Positions 39,736-49,586 of a DNA stretch of 64,000 bases are shown piece by piece (position 1 is the first letter of the stretch; each line of letters starts with the position of its first letter). The translations under genes and the position numbers were made by a program. The stretch is from Fimbriimonadales bacterium (GTDB taxonomy: Bacteria > Armatimonadota > Fimbriimonadia > Fimbriimonadales > ATM1), in the NCBI GenBank assembly GCA_041744215.1, contig JBGTLG010000015.1, positions 32,001-96,000 on the forward strand, written 5' to 3'. The notes beneath the pieces were generated by a model. The model was not told where the DNA came from. It made no database searches and was given only the letters and a program-made list of their open reading frames with translations.

Positions 39736-40041
39736 TCAGCGACGCGGCAGATACCAAATTGAATTGTCCGTCGGGTTGACAATAAAAGTGCCCTCCGGAA
39801 CAAAGCTCTGGCCTGCTTGCGCACCCTGCGGCAACTGGAAACCAAACATTGCCAGCGTGCTGAGCTCGGGATAAGGGATCTGTTGTCCCTGAAGCATCGC
39901 AACGATAGCGTACGGATCGGCATGTTGCACTCGAAACCTAACCGGCGTCCCGAGCGGGGCTAGGGGGTCCGGGGTTCCTTGAGCGATTCCAGAGAACGCC
40001 AAGAGCATCATCGCAGTAACAATCTCTCCCATATCGCTCAT
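39736..40041 (-). CDS. small exported protein resembling a standalone secretin N (NolW-like) domain
   Basis: Signal-like N-terminus; VRFRVQHADP..IV..L ... FIVNPTDNSI pattern. Confidence 0.5.
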   Translation of the reverse strand: MSDMGEIVTAMMLLAFSGIAQGTPDPLAPLGTPVRFRVQHADPYAIVAMLQGQQIPYPELSTLAMFGFQLPQGAQAGQSFVPEGTFIVNPTDNSIWYLPRR

Positions 40042-40118
40042 CAGACGCGTTGCGCCGCAGCTGGTTTCGCTTGATCACGACCCGGAGAGACATGGTCTCC
40101 TTCTCCGATGAGGCCCCC

Positions 40119-41606
40119 CTACTCCTTGGGTGCTTTGGCCGTCCGACGCATCGGCCAAAACATGAACACCAGCCAAGCCGCCAGTGATAGCCAAGGGAAA
40201 GCGTGCCGTAGCGGAGATACAGACGAGGGACCAATCTTCACTTGAGATCTAACGATCTGGGTCTTGCCGACCTCGGTCATCGCCATGATGTTTCCCCGTG
40301 AGTCAACAATGAACGAAGGACCGAGCGGGCTACTCTTCACAACAGGCAAGCGATTCTCCACCGCACGAATCACTGGCCCCGCAGCAAGCGCCTCGATCGC
40401 GTTCGTATTCTGATACCAGTCGTCGATTGACGACACAACAAGGAGATGCGCGCCGTTAGTAGCATGCTTCCGCGCAACCTCCTCGAACAAGCCCTCGAAG
40501 CACACAAGTCCACCTACCTTCATGCCCGCAACTTCGAGCGTAGTTATCTTGTCGGCAAAGGTCATGTCACTCGCTGGCAAATCAAACGAGTCGATGTAAA
40601 AGCCTAACTTGTCTCGAAAAGGAACGTACTCGCCGAAGATCACGAGCCGAAGTTTGTCAGCATACTTCCACTCGCCGTCCCATCCGTAGAGGCTTTGATA
40701 CGTGCCCTCATCAGTTGCCCGCTGAACACCAACGACGAACGGTACATCATAAACCCAGGAGAAAGAACCTACTGGCTCAGCCTCGCCGTACGCGCTTGCA
40801 ATGTGTTCTGGCAGCACAATCAGATCGCGCTCGACCGCTCCGCCCATGGCCATTACCTGTGGCACCCTCTCCGCCAACAGTTGCTGCCGCTCCACTTTAT
40901 CGCTGAAGGCCAGATCGACACCCGGTTGCGCAGCAACAAGCCACTTTGTCTCTGCGGGAGGGTCGTACATATACGATACTGCCGACCCACCAAGCAATAG
41001 CAAGCTCGCCATCAGATACGGCCGCACTCGCCTCGCCTCCACTTTCGCGAAGATCAGCGCAATGAGCACATTGACCAACACGATAAAGGCACCCAAAAAG
41101 TACACGCCTCCCCACCAGGCTGGCTGCAACAGGATGGGCAGTTTGTATAGCGACGTGCCTAATTGAGACCATGGGAAGTATATGTAAGGCACGATAGAAC
41201 GCGCGAACTCCACGCCCGCCCACACTAACGGAATCGCCCAGTACCATCCGCGATTCCAAGCTTTTGCCGCACCTATCGCAAAGAACCCAAAGTAGATAGC
41301 GAACAGCACGCAGACGATGACCCAAGGAATCGCACCCATCCACCATGAGCTCGTCCACTTGTGAACAAACTGCTGTAGCCACATAAGGTTGACCAAGCCA
41401 AAGCTCAGACCGAATACATAGCCGCGGCCAAAAGCCTGCTTAGAACTTACGCCCTGAACACTCCAAAGCAGCGGCGCGATCGCGACCAACGCGAGCAGCA
41501 TGATGTTGATAGGTGGAAACGCGAACGCAAGCGTGAGCCCGCCCAACGCAGCAAGCCCAACTTGTCGCAGCTTAGCGACCCGCGACGGAGACTCCTGAGT
41601 ACGCAT
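40119..41606 (-). CDS. lnt: apolipoprotein N-acyltransferase
   Basis: TM helices, FPW..LG, LPE, K.RLV.FGEYVP, VCFE, RAVENR. Confidence 0.93.
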   Translation of the reverse strand: MRTQESPSRVAKLRQVGLAALGGLTLAFAFPPINIMLLALVAIAPLLWSVQGVSSKQAFGRGYVFGLSFGLVNLMWLQQFVHKWTSSWWMGAIPWVIVCVLFAIYFGFFAIGAAKAWNRGWYWAIPLVWAGVEFARSIVPYIYFPWSQLGTSLYKLPILLQPAWWGGVYFLGAFIVLVNVLIALIFAKVEARRVRPYLMASLLLLGGSAVSYMYDPPAETKWLVAAQPGVDLAFSDKVERQQLLAERVPQVMAMGGAVERDLIVLPEHIASAYGEAEPVGSFSWVYDVPFVVGVQRATDEGTYQSLYGWDGEWKYADKLRLVIFGEYVPFRDKLGFYIDSFDLPASDMTFADKITTLEVAGMKVGGLVCFEGLFEEVARKHATNGAHLLVVSSIDDWYQNTNAIEALAAGPVIRAVENRLPVVKSSPLGPSFIVDSRGNIMAMTEVGKTQIVRSQVKIGPSSVSPLRHAFPWLSLAAWLVFMFWPMRRTAKAPKE

Positions 41607-42225
41607 CGATTGGTGATGCCGATAAGTGAGATGTGTCATCAAATCGAACGAGCCTTCGCCTCCCATTTGAAAAAACACGAACTTCACTGATCGAGCAGTT
41701 ACGTATCCGAAACGTGTTGGCCGTCGACGGCATTCCGCCTATCATGACCGCAAGAAACGCTGACAGCGTTCCACCGTGCGAAACGACAAGCACATTCCCC
41801 CTGGAATGTTTCGCGAGCAGATCGTGAACAAAGTAGCCAACTCTGCAAAACACATCAATCCCAGATTCCCCCTCGGGCGGCGAAAGCACCGTTGGGTCTG
41901 CGTGGTAGGTTTCAAACAACTCAGGATGAGTCCGCTTCGCATCGTCTTGTGTCACCCCTTCCCACAAACCGTAGTTGCGCTCCTTAAGCCGATCATCAAG
42001 AATGGGCTCCAGCCCAACCCGAGGGCGCAAGTGAGGGAGAGTTTGTATCGCCCTCTGCATCGGACTGCAATAAATCGCATCGAACTCTTCTTCTCGTAGA
42101 GCGGCAGCTAAGTCCTCCGCCTGCGCCATCCCAGTCGCATCGAGAGGTATGTCGGCATGCCCCTGATTTCGCCCTGAAAGGTTCCACTCGGTTTGACCGT
42201 GACGCACGGCGAGGATACGGAGCAT
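41572..42225 (-). CDS. histidine phosphatase (PGM/CobC-like)
   Basis: RHGQT.WN, SPM.RA.QT, L.E..YG.WEG, SHGG. Confidence 0.92.
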   Translation of the reverse strand: MLRILAVRHGQTEWNLSGRNQGHADIPLDATGMAQAEDLAAALREEEFDAIYCSPMQRAIQTLPHLRPRVGLEPILDDRLKERNYGLWEGVTQDDAKRTHPELFETYHADPTVLSPPEGESGIDVFCRVGYFVHDLLAKHSRGNVLVVSHGGTLSAFLAVMIGGMPSTANTFRIRNCSISEVRVFSNGRRRLVRFDDTSHLSASPIDAYSGVSVAGR

Positions 42226-42232
42226 GATTCGG

Positions 42233-43183
42233 TTATACCTGCCACCGACGAACCTCTCCGATCTCGTTACCCAAGTCGTCCGTTTTCCACAATCCCAGAT
42301 GGAGCGCGAACACCGGGGCTAGATCCTTAGAGGATGACTCAACAACCAGAACACATTCTTCGAGCTTTGAAGCGACGACTCTCGCGATTGCAAAATGTTC
42401 TCCATGAGAGTTCTCCAAACCCACGATTAGACCGGCAAAAGCCCGAGGATGAACCAGGTGTGCATCCCGACACCCGAACCGATCTGTACACGCGGTCACA
42501 GCGCTCGGGTCTGGTTCGCCACGAGTGACCACGTAAAGCGTTCGACTGTCGACCTCACCATAGACAGCTTCATTCAGTCCCATCGCACGAAGCTCCTCCA
42601 GCTCGCCGGTTTCGAGTGCCAAACCTGATCCTATTCGCGCGCCCACAACTCGCGCAGTCCTTATGGAAACCTCGTGTTGATGCCCGTCCCCTAAGTAACT
42701 CCTGATTGCAGCTCTCCGTTGCGCATTAGTCGATGACGGGCTTCGCGTGTCGGATGCGCCCTCAGGCGCCCGAACCTCGAATTCGCAACCGTGTTGTGCA
42801 CACATCAACCAATCCAAACCTTCGATCCCGGTCGAAACCACCCGGCCTGGACCAAGTGATGTAACCACGTGACGGTACAAATGAACAGGCACCGCCGACA
42901 GCGACGCGATAGGCATTTCAACGACAAGACCAGCATCAGCCGATTGTGCCTTAGCCCACCGAATCGCGTCGAGAGCCTCAAGCGGTGCCCGCTGCAGATG
43001 CATGGTCCCAATGAAACGAAATCCCGATTGATGATTCCCAGGCGCACACAAGTCAGCGCTTCCAAGAGGTCCAAACTGCGGCGATGCGGGCGAAAGGTTG
43101 AGCCACCACGCTCCGGCTTCACACAGCTCGCGCGCGATCCCCGATTTGCCGGAATTGGCCGGCCCCACAATCAGCGTTGTCAT
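42233..43183 (-). CDS. Clp1-like P-loop polynucleotide kinase homolog (divergent)
   Basis: IVGPANSGKS Walker A, then ...PQFGPLG...FIG, and RS...R..RR..IRSYL, matching the Clp1-family layout by eye. Confidence 0.55.
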   Translation of the reverse strand: MTTLIVGPANSGKSGIARELCEAGAWWLNLSPASPQFGPLGSADLCAPGNHQSGFRFIGTMHLQRAPLEALDAIRWAKAQSADAGLVVEMPIASLSAVPVHLYRHVVTSLGPGRVVSTGIEGLDWLMCAQHGCEFEVRAPEGASDTRSPSSTNAQRRAAIRSYLGDGHQHEVSIRTARVVGARIGSGLALETGELEELRAMGLNEAVYGEVDSRTLYVVTRGEPDPSAVTACTDRFGCRDAHLVHPRAFAGLIVGLENSHGEHFAIARVVASKLEECVLVVESSSKDLAPVFALHLGLWKTDDLGNEIGEVRRWQV

Positions 43184-43246
43184 CCGCAGCCTGCTTACCC
43201 CAAAAGCTCAATCCCACCTTCGGTATACTCCCACTTCTCCCCCCGT

Positions 43247-43323
43247 CGGGGCGTGGCTCAGCATGGTAGAGCGCTGCGTTCGGGACGCAGAGGTCGGCAG
43301 TTCAAATCTGCCCGCCCCGACCA
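43247..43323 (+). tRNA. tRNA-Pro (CGG)
   Basis: CGGGGCGTGGCTCAGCATGGTAGAGCGCTGCGTTCGGGACGCAGAGGTCGGCAGTTCAAATCTGCCCGCCCCGACCA. Confidence 0.97.
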
Positions 43324-43351
43324 TTCCTCCCGTGTGCCATACTCCCTTCAA

Positions 43352-43455
43352 CTCGTGATGTTCGCGCTTTCGTGGGCGGATGAAACATGGGGAAAGTCCG
43401 GTGAAACTCCGGCGCTGTGCCGCAACGGTTAAAGCCCGAATGCCCGCTTCGCGAG
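43352..43455 (+). ncRNA. cobalamin (B12) riboswitch aptamer, short form
   Basis: GGGAAAGTCCGGTGAAACTCCGGCGCTGTGCCGCAACGGT core plus AAGCCCGAATGCC B12-box-like segment; closing stem CTCGTGA/TCGCGAG. Confidence 0.88.
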
Positions 43456-43559
43456 AAAACTCGGTCACCTACGAGCATAGGTGGAGCGGGACGGCCGTAG
43501 GCCATCTCCTCTCCTCCCCTTTTCTCGAAGATGACCTCTAACACATTCGAGGTCATAAA

Positions 43560-44339
43560 ATGAAAGATAAACGAAGCGCATTCACGCTCATCGAACTTCT
43601 GGTTGTCATCGCTATCATTGCAATCCTGGCGGCGATCCTCTTCCCTGTCTTTGCCCGGGCCAAAGAATCCGCGAAGAAGACGACATCGATGTCAAACGTT
43701 CGCCAAATCTCGATCGCTTGGCAAATGTACAACGGCGATTATGACGACACCATCATGCGTGCGCACGTACACTCTCCCGACAAAACTTACTTCTGGTGGG
43801 GCAGTTGGGATGGCACAGCCCTCGATGAGAGAGAAGGCACACTTTATCCGTATGTCGGATCTAAGGGTATCCAATCGGACCCGTCATTCCCGATGACACT
43901 GCGAACCGAATTGGGTTTGACGGGCTTCGGATACAACTACGCGTACCTCAGTCCATCAGATTTTCTCCCGCCAACGTGGGAAGAAACCGCAATACCGGTG
44001 AAGCTAAGCCAGCTTGAATCGCCATCTGAAACAATGAACTTCGCAAGCGCAGCACGAATAAACATCTGGTCGCACCCAAACCCGACTTTGGAAGGAAACA
44101 CTTACATTGACCCACCATCTTACGACTACCCAGGCTTCCAAGGAAGGCACAACAGATTCGGCGTCGTCGCCTGGTGCGATGGTCATGCGAAAGCTTACCG
44201 ACCGACAATCCGCCGCGGCTCGTTCGGTTATGGCTTTAACGGTGCTGACTTCGAGCGACACAATCTTGGAGATCTCATTTCCCACGACTGCCCCATCGGT
44301 AGCGAATGCCAGGACCAGTACTACTCACTAACTAAGTAA
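43560..44339 (+). CDS. prepilin-type N-terminal cleavage / DUF1559 protein, riboswitch-controlled
   Basis: [37 protein letters not shown]-x9-DGHAK motif. Confidence 0.9.
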   Translation: MKDKRSAFTLIELLVVIAIIAILAAILFPVFARAKESAKKTTSMSNVRQISIAWQMYNGDYDDTIMRAHVHSPDKTYFWWGSWDGTALDEREGTLYPYVGSKGIQSDPSFPMTLRTELGLTGFGYNYAYLSPSDFLPPTWEETAIPVKLSQLESPSETMNFASAARINIWSHPNPTLEGNTYIDPPSYDYPGFQGRHNRFGVVAWCDGHAKAYRPTIRRGSFGYGFNGADFERHNLGDLISHDCPIGSECQDQYYSLTK

Positions 44340-44346
44340 GGCGGAC

Positions 44347-44375
44347 GAGCAACGGGCAACCTCTGCTCGTTGCTT
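44347..44375. terminator. hairpin between convergent genes
   Basis: GAGCAACGGGCA-ACCTC-TGCTCGTTGCTT; no strong U tract. Confidence 0.55.
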
Positions 44376-45912
44376 ACCTAAACTTGGCGATCTGCGAATC
44401 AAACATACTCTTAAGCTCACGCGCTTTCGAGTCGTACGCTTCCTTATCACTCCAAGTCTCGCGAGGGTTCAACACTGTATTCGGCACGCCAGGACAAGAC
44501 TGCGGCACGGCGAAGCCAAACACACCGTGATCCGCAAACTCGACATTATCAAGTTGTCCAGCAAGCGCCGCCTTCGCCATAGCCCGTGTATGGTGGATGT
44601 TCATTCGGCTTCCAACGCCGTATGGCCCACCCGTCCAACCCGTATTGACCAACCACACCCTCGCGCCATGCTTTCGGATCTTCTCGCCGAGCATATCCGC
44701 ATACACCTTCGGTCGAAGCGGCAAAAATGGAGCACCGAAGCAAGTGCTAAACGTCGCCTGCGGCTCCTTTACTCCTGCTTCCGTTCCCGCGACTTTAGCC
44801 GTGTAGCCCAGCAAGAACTGCTCCATCGCTTGCTCTTCCGTCAGCCGGCTGATAGGCGGCAACACGCCAAATGCATCCGCAGTCAGAAAACAGATATTCT
44901 CAGGATGACCTCCGATACTCGGCGCCACCGCATTATCAATGAAATCCACCGGATAAGAACACCGCGTGTTCTCGGTGATTGATCCGTCGTCATAATCCGG
45001 CGATCGATCTCCGCGCAAAACAACATTCTCCAATACGGACCCAAATCGTATCGCATTCCAAATCTGTGGCTCGGCATCCTTGCTCAGGTGGATGCACTTT
45101 GCGTAACACCCGCCTTCAAAGTTGAAAACACCATGGTCGGACCAGCCGTGCTCATCGTCGCCAATCAGCCGCCGATCAGGATCTGCGCTGAGAGTCGTCT
45201 TCCCCGTACCGCTCAAACCGAAAAACAACGCAGTGTCGCCATTCGCGCCAATGTTGGCAGAGCAATGCATGCTCAAAACATCCTGCAAAGGAAGGAGGTA
45301 GTTCAGAATCGTAAACACCGACTTCTTCATCTCGCCGGCGTACTGCGTCCCTCCGATCATCACCAGCTTTTGCGCAAAGTTTAAGAGAATGAACGCTCCG
45401 CTCTTGGTTCCATCCACTGCAGGGTCAGCATGAAACTCGGATACGTCGATGATGGTCCAATCAGGCTCATATGTCTCCAGCTCTTCAACCGTCGGACGTA
45501 GTAACAGCGTCTTGATGAATAGCGCGTGCCAAGCCTTCTCCACAATAAATCGCGCACGTATTCGGTAGACAGGATCCGCTCCTCCAAAGGTGTCCACGAC
45601 ATACAGCTCTTTCTCCCGAATGTAAGCGTCGACCTTCACCTTCAGCGCATCGAACTTCGATGCATCGAACTCGGCGTTGTTCTCCCACCAAATGTTCCCT
45701 TCGCTCGACGCCTCGCGAACGACGTGCTTGTCTTTGGGTGTCCGACCTGTGTACTTGCCCGTCCTCGTGACCAGCGCTCCGTTGTCGGCGAGCACTCCCT
45801 CCGAGCGACGAATCGCATGCTCCACCAACTCGGCCGAAGGCAAGTTCGTGTAGACAACCTTGGCCTTGGATAAATCGAAGTGCGCTGAGTTTGGACGTGT
45901 CGTTGTTGCCAA
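44374..45912 (-). CDS. pckA: phosphoenolpyruvate carboxykinase (ATP)
   Basis: [52 protein letters not shown] start after AAGGAG. Confidence 0.97.
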   Translation of the reverse strand: MATTTRPNSAHFDLSKAKVVYTNLPSAELVEHAIRRSEGVLADNGALVTRTGKYTGRTPKDKHVVREASSEGNIWWENNAEFDASKFDALKVKVDAYIREKELYVVDTFGGADPVYRIRARFIVEKAWHALFIKTLLLRPTVEELETYEPDWTIIDVSEFHADPAVDGTKSGAFILLNFAQKLVMIGGTQYAGEMKKSVFTILNYLLPLQDVLSMHCSANIGANGDTALFFGLSGTGKTTLSADPDRRLIGDDEHGWSDHGVFNFEGGCYAKCIHLSKDAEPQIWNAIRFGSVLENVVLRGDRSPDYDDGSITENTRCSYPVDFIDNAVAPSIGGHPENICFLTADAFGVLPPISRLTEEQAMEQFLLGYTAKVAGTEAGVKEPQATFSTCFGAPFLPLRPKVYADMLGEKIRKHGARVWLVNTGWTGGPYGVGSRMNIHHTRAMAKAALAGQLDNVEFADHGVFGFAVPQSCPGVPNTVLNPRETWSDKEAYDSKARELKSMFDSQIAKFR

Positions 45913-46061
45913 AACGGGATCTCCTTTGATCTTCGTCCACCGCCCCCAAATGCGCCAACAGAACTGGTCGCGGCAGGTGAACAGGCTGATGCGATTCTAC
46001 CCGTCCCACACGGGGCCGCCAACCTCGCAACCCCAACTGCTCGAAGTCCCGTCACACGGGG

Positions 46062-47366
46062 TCACATCTTTGCAGAAAGGGCCGCAGCAGCAGTCTCCCG
46101 AACCTCCGGTGATCGGCTCTCAAGAGCAGCCTCGAGCGCAGACCTCGCCTCAGGGTAGTCCAACATACCAAGCGACCTCGCGGACGCGACGGCGTAGCGA
46201 AGCTCCTCGCCGAGCAAGAGGCGCGACAGCAGCGGAATCGCAGCGACGTCTCCAATCTGACCCAACGCGAGAACCGCTTCATCACCTAATCGCCTGTCCG
46301 TGCGCTCGATCCCCGCAATCAAGCGTGGTACCGCGCGACGGTCCCTACTCTTCCCCAAGCTGACGGAAGCCGAGTCCCGTACGAATCGGTCAGGATCATC
46401 CAATGCTCTGATCAGCCCATCGACCGCCACCCGATCCTGACGCCCACCCAAAGCACGAATACAGTCGATCTGAAAGTCCGTCTCGCGACGCATCAGTGAA
46501 GTTAAAAGCTGAGACGCCCGCTCGATCGGTGACCGTCCTAACGCGAAGATCGCCGCCCGCTTCACTCTCAGGTCGCTATCCGATAACATCGCCCTCAGCG
46601 GGCCCAATGCATCATCGCTATCAATCGGTCCCAGAGCCTTCGCAGACGCCGATCGCACGGCGGGGTTCTTGTCTCGCGAAAGTTCGACGAGCTTTTGCAG
46701 CGCCCGAGCGTCAGGAGAGGCTGAAAGCGCGCTCGCCGCTCTCGCCCTGACTTCCGGAGACAAGTCGCTCAGGTAGGCGATCAGCTGCTCGTTCGCAGCG
46801 GAGCTCTGAATCGCCTCCAATGCGACGACGGCAGCAGACCCCGCAGGGTTGTCCCGACCGACGGTGCGGGCGAGCGCCTTAGCGGCCCCAGAATCCCCGA
46901 TCAAACCCAAAGCGGTTGCGGCCGACCCCGCGAGCGACAGGTCCTCAGAGTCCAAGAGTTCAATGAGCGCGGGCGCGGCCCGGCGGTCCTTAATCCGGCC
47001 GAGGGCAGCTGCAGCTGCGATCTGCACTTCAATCGGCCCCACCTTCAGCGCGGCCATAATCGGATCGACTGCGCGCTCAGGGTCTAACTCCCGTAGAACG
47101 CGAATCGCTCCGATCCTCACCTCCGGTGCTGCGGTGCCGTCCGCGGCGATCCGCGCGGTTTCCCGCTTCCCGGGTTCCCCGCGCTCCAGAACCTCGGATA
47201 TCACTAAATCCGGAATCTCACCTGTCGCGGGCACAGTCCCCAGAGCGAGCCGTATTGCCGAGGCGTCCGCCTCGCTCATCTCAGTCGAAGTCGAGCGACC
47301 ACACGCCAACGCGAACGCCGACATGAGCAAGAGTGCGACTGTTGCTCGACTAAGTTTTCCTGACAT
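46062..47366 (-). CDS. HEAT/PBS-lyase repeat lipoprotein
   Basis: Lipobox ALAC; many VR..AA.ALG repeats. Confidence 0.88.
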   Translation of the reverse strand: MSGKLSRATVALLLMSAFALACGRSTSTEMSEADASAIRLALGTVPATGEIPDLVISEVLERGEPGKRETARIAADGTAAPEVRIGAIRVLRELDPERAVDPIMAALKVGPIEVQIAAAAALGRIKDRRAAPALIELLDSEDLSLAGSAATALGLIGDSGAAKALARTVGRDNPAGSAAVVALEAIQSSAANEQLIAYLSDLSPEVRARAASALSASPDARALQKLVELSRDKNPAVRSASAKALGPIDSDDALGPLRAMLSDSDLRVKRAAIFALGRSPIERASQLLTSLMRRETDFQIDCIRALGGRQDRVAVDGLIRALDDPDRFVRDSASVSLGKSRDRRAVPRLIAGIERTDRRLGDEAVLALGQIGDVAAIPLLSRLLLGEELRYAVASARSLGMLDYPEARSALEAALESRSPEVRETAAAALSAKM

Positions 47367-47462
47367 CTACGCGTGCTTCACCTACAAAGACGGATCTGAC
47401 GAGCAAAATGGAGGCGTTGCAGCCTCACTCGCCCGAACTCCCACAAAGGTAATCTTCCAACA

Positions 47463-48425
47463 ATGCTTGAAACCATGCGGGAAACCCTTTGCCAGGAGGC
47501 GGAAGAGATCCTGAACCTGTCTCGACGCCTTGACGATCAGTTTGTTACCGCCGCCACCTGGTTGCTTGAGTGTACCGGCCGAGTGGCGACGACTGGGATC
47601 GGAAAGGCGGGCGATATCGCGAAGAAGTCGAGCAGCACCCTCAGCAGCACAGGGACCCCATCGCTCTTTCTTCACCCATCAGAAGCCTTGCATGGCGATC
47701 TCGGCATGATCCAAAAGGCCGACGTGGTACTCATGTTCACGAACAGCGGCGAAACCGAGGAGATCCTACGCCTGTTCCCGCCACTCAGGCAAATCGGCGC
47801 GAAAGCAATCTTGATCACTGGAAGGCCGGATAGCACCGCCGCCAAGAACAGTGATCTCGTCCTCGATGCGTCTGTCACAAGGGAGGCTTGCCCCTATAAT
47901 CTGGCCCCCACAACGAGCACCACAGTCATGCTTGCCCTGTCCGATGCGCTCGCGCTCGCCGTCATGAAATCGAGAGACTTTCGCCAAGAAGACTACGCCC
48001 TTTACCACCCCAGCGGGTCACTCGGCAGACGACTGCTCCTCAAAGTCGCGGATGCGATGCGCAGCGGCGACGACGTGGCAATCGTCCGGCCCGACTCGCT
48101 ACTCCCCGACGTCCTTCGCGCGATTACCAAAGCTGGCGCGGGTGCAGCAATCGTGGCCGACGAAGACAGCCGACTTATTGGGCTGATCACCGACGGCGAC
48201 GTCAGGCGTTATCTGGCTGGCCACCCGACTCAGTTTCTCGAAAGCACTGCAAATCAAGTGATGACTTCGAATCCCAAAACGGTTGACGCCAAAATGTTAG
48301 CTGTAGAAGCCCTTGAACTCTTTGAAAGCCTCCCCCACAAGATTGGTGAGATTCCCGTTGTCGCTGATGGAAAGGTCGCTGGACTGGTGATGCTAAAGGA
48401 TCTAGTTAGGCTCGGCCTAACTTAA
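47463..48425 (+). CDS. kpsF: arabinose-5-phosphate isomerase (KpsF/GutQ, SIS + CBS)
   Basis: G.GK.G.IA.K, HP.EA.HGDLG, LAPTTST, HP.G.LG, CBS pair. Confidence 0.93.
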   Translation: MLETMRETLCQEAEEILNLSRRLDDQFVTAATWLLECTGRVATTGIGKAGDIAKKSSSTLSSTGTPSLFLHPSEALHGDLGMIQKADVVLMFTNSGETEEILRLFPPLRQIGAKAILITGRPDSTAAKNSDLVLDASVTREACPYNLAPTTSTTVMLALSDALALAVMKSRDFRQEDYALYHPSGSLGRRLLLKVADAMRSGDDVAIVRPDSLLPDVLRAITKAGAGAAIVADEDSRLIGLITDGDVRRYLAGHPTQFLESTANQVMTSNPKTVDAKMLAVEALELFESLPHKIGEIPVVADGKVAGLVMLKDLVRLGLT

Positions 48426-48430
48426 ACGCC

Positions 48431-48460
48431 GCAGGGCCGATCCGATGGGATCGACCCTGC
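48431..48460 (-). terminator. probable terminator hairpin between convergent genes
   Basis: Minus strand GCAGGGTCGATCC-CATC-GGATCGGCCCTGC (13 bp including one G-U). Confidence 0.6.
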
Positions 48461-48483
48461 ACACGGTTCCTGCAAGTTGGAAC

Positions 48484-49470
48484 TTACTTCACTCCGGCCT
48501 TGCTCATCGCAGTCCGCATGTCGTCCAAGAGCGCCATGCCCTTGTAGCCGACCACCTTGTGAACTTCCGTTCCGTCCGGTTTCAGGAACCGAAGGTCGGG
48601 AATGCCGCTCACGCCGTACTGCCGCGCGAGGCCTGACTGATCGTCAGTGTCAATATCAACGAACACGAAGTACTTGCCCATCGCCTTGAACTCTTCAGTC
48701 GGGAAGACGTTGCGCTTGTACATCTGGCACGGGCCGCACCAGGTCGCGTTGAAGTCGAGGAAGACCATCCGGTTGGTCGCCTTAGCGACCTTAAGACCTT
48801 CGTCGAGGTTGTAGTACCACTTCGTAAGGTCTCCGGCGGAGATTTCAACCTTCTTGGCATCGGCTGGCAATGTGCCCAGCGCGAAGACGCCCGCGTCAAA
48901 AGCTTCGCTGCCGATTTTCAGGTCACTCGCTATAACGAGAGTGGTCGCAGTCACGCCATTCTTCGCTAACTTGAACTCGGCGCCACGAGCCACGTGCTCT
49001 TTCGTATCCATGAACACGGTTGTTTCGCCATGCTCCCCGGCAATTTTCACCTCAGTAACAGGAGTGCCCTTCATCGAGATCTTTTGCCCAACGGTCGCAT
49101 TGCGAAGGCCTTTGAACTGATCGGGATAGAAGAAAGCTGCCCACACGAGGAGCTCATCTGACTTCACGGAGTCCAAAAGTTTTCGAGCGTCTCCTGTTCC
49201 CAAGATGTACTCGTTTCGGCTCTTGTCGTATTCAGCGTACTTCTCGCCGTCTGACAGGTAGATGTTTGTAGGCGTCTCAACGCGAATAAAGCCAGGCTTG
49301 CTGAGCTCCATCGTATACGTCTGAGGCGCGGCTGGTAGGTTGGCAACGGTGAACGTCACCTTCAGGGACTTCGCAGCTTGAAGAGCTGCGGTATGCTTGG
49401 CCAATAGATCGGTTCCGCTACCCTGCGCAAGGAGCGTTACAGCGATTCCGGCCGTCAACATAAGGCTCAT
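48484..49470 (-). CDS. exported LolA-like domain fused to a thioredoxin (WCGPC)
   Basis: Signal peptide; KPGFIRVETPTNIYLSDG...YD...EY (LolA-like); DFNATWCGPC and GIP; RBS GAGGA. Confidence 0.8.
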   Translation of the reverse strand: MSLMLTAGIAVTLLAQGSGTDLLAKHTAALQAAKSLKVTFTVANLPAAPQTYTMELSKPGFIRVETPTNIYLSDGEKYAEYDKSRNEYILGTGDARKLLDSVKSDELLVWAAFFYPDQFKGLRNATVGQKISMKGTPVTEVKIAGEHGETTVFMDTKEHVARGAEFKLAKNGVTATTLVIASDLKIGSEAFDAGVFALGTLPADAKKVEISAGDLTKWYYNLDEGLKVAKATNRMVFLDFNATWCGPCQMYKRNVFPTEEFKAMGKYFVFVDIDTDDQSGLARQYGVSGIPDLRFLKPDGTEVHKVVGYKGMALLDDMRTAMSKAGVK

Positions 49471-49586
49471 TTGATTCCTCCTACTTTGGGATATCCCATT
49501 GATATAGTACACCATAGGAGGGGTCTGGGTTCCCACGACCTCCTAGGAAGGACAGAGCGATCCCTTCGTCGAAACTGGATTACCTG

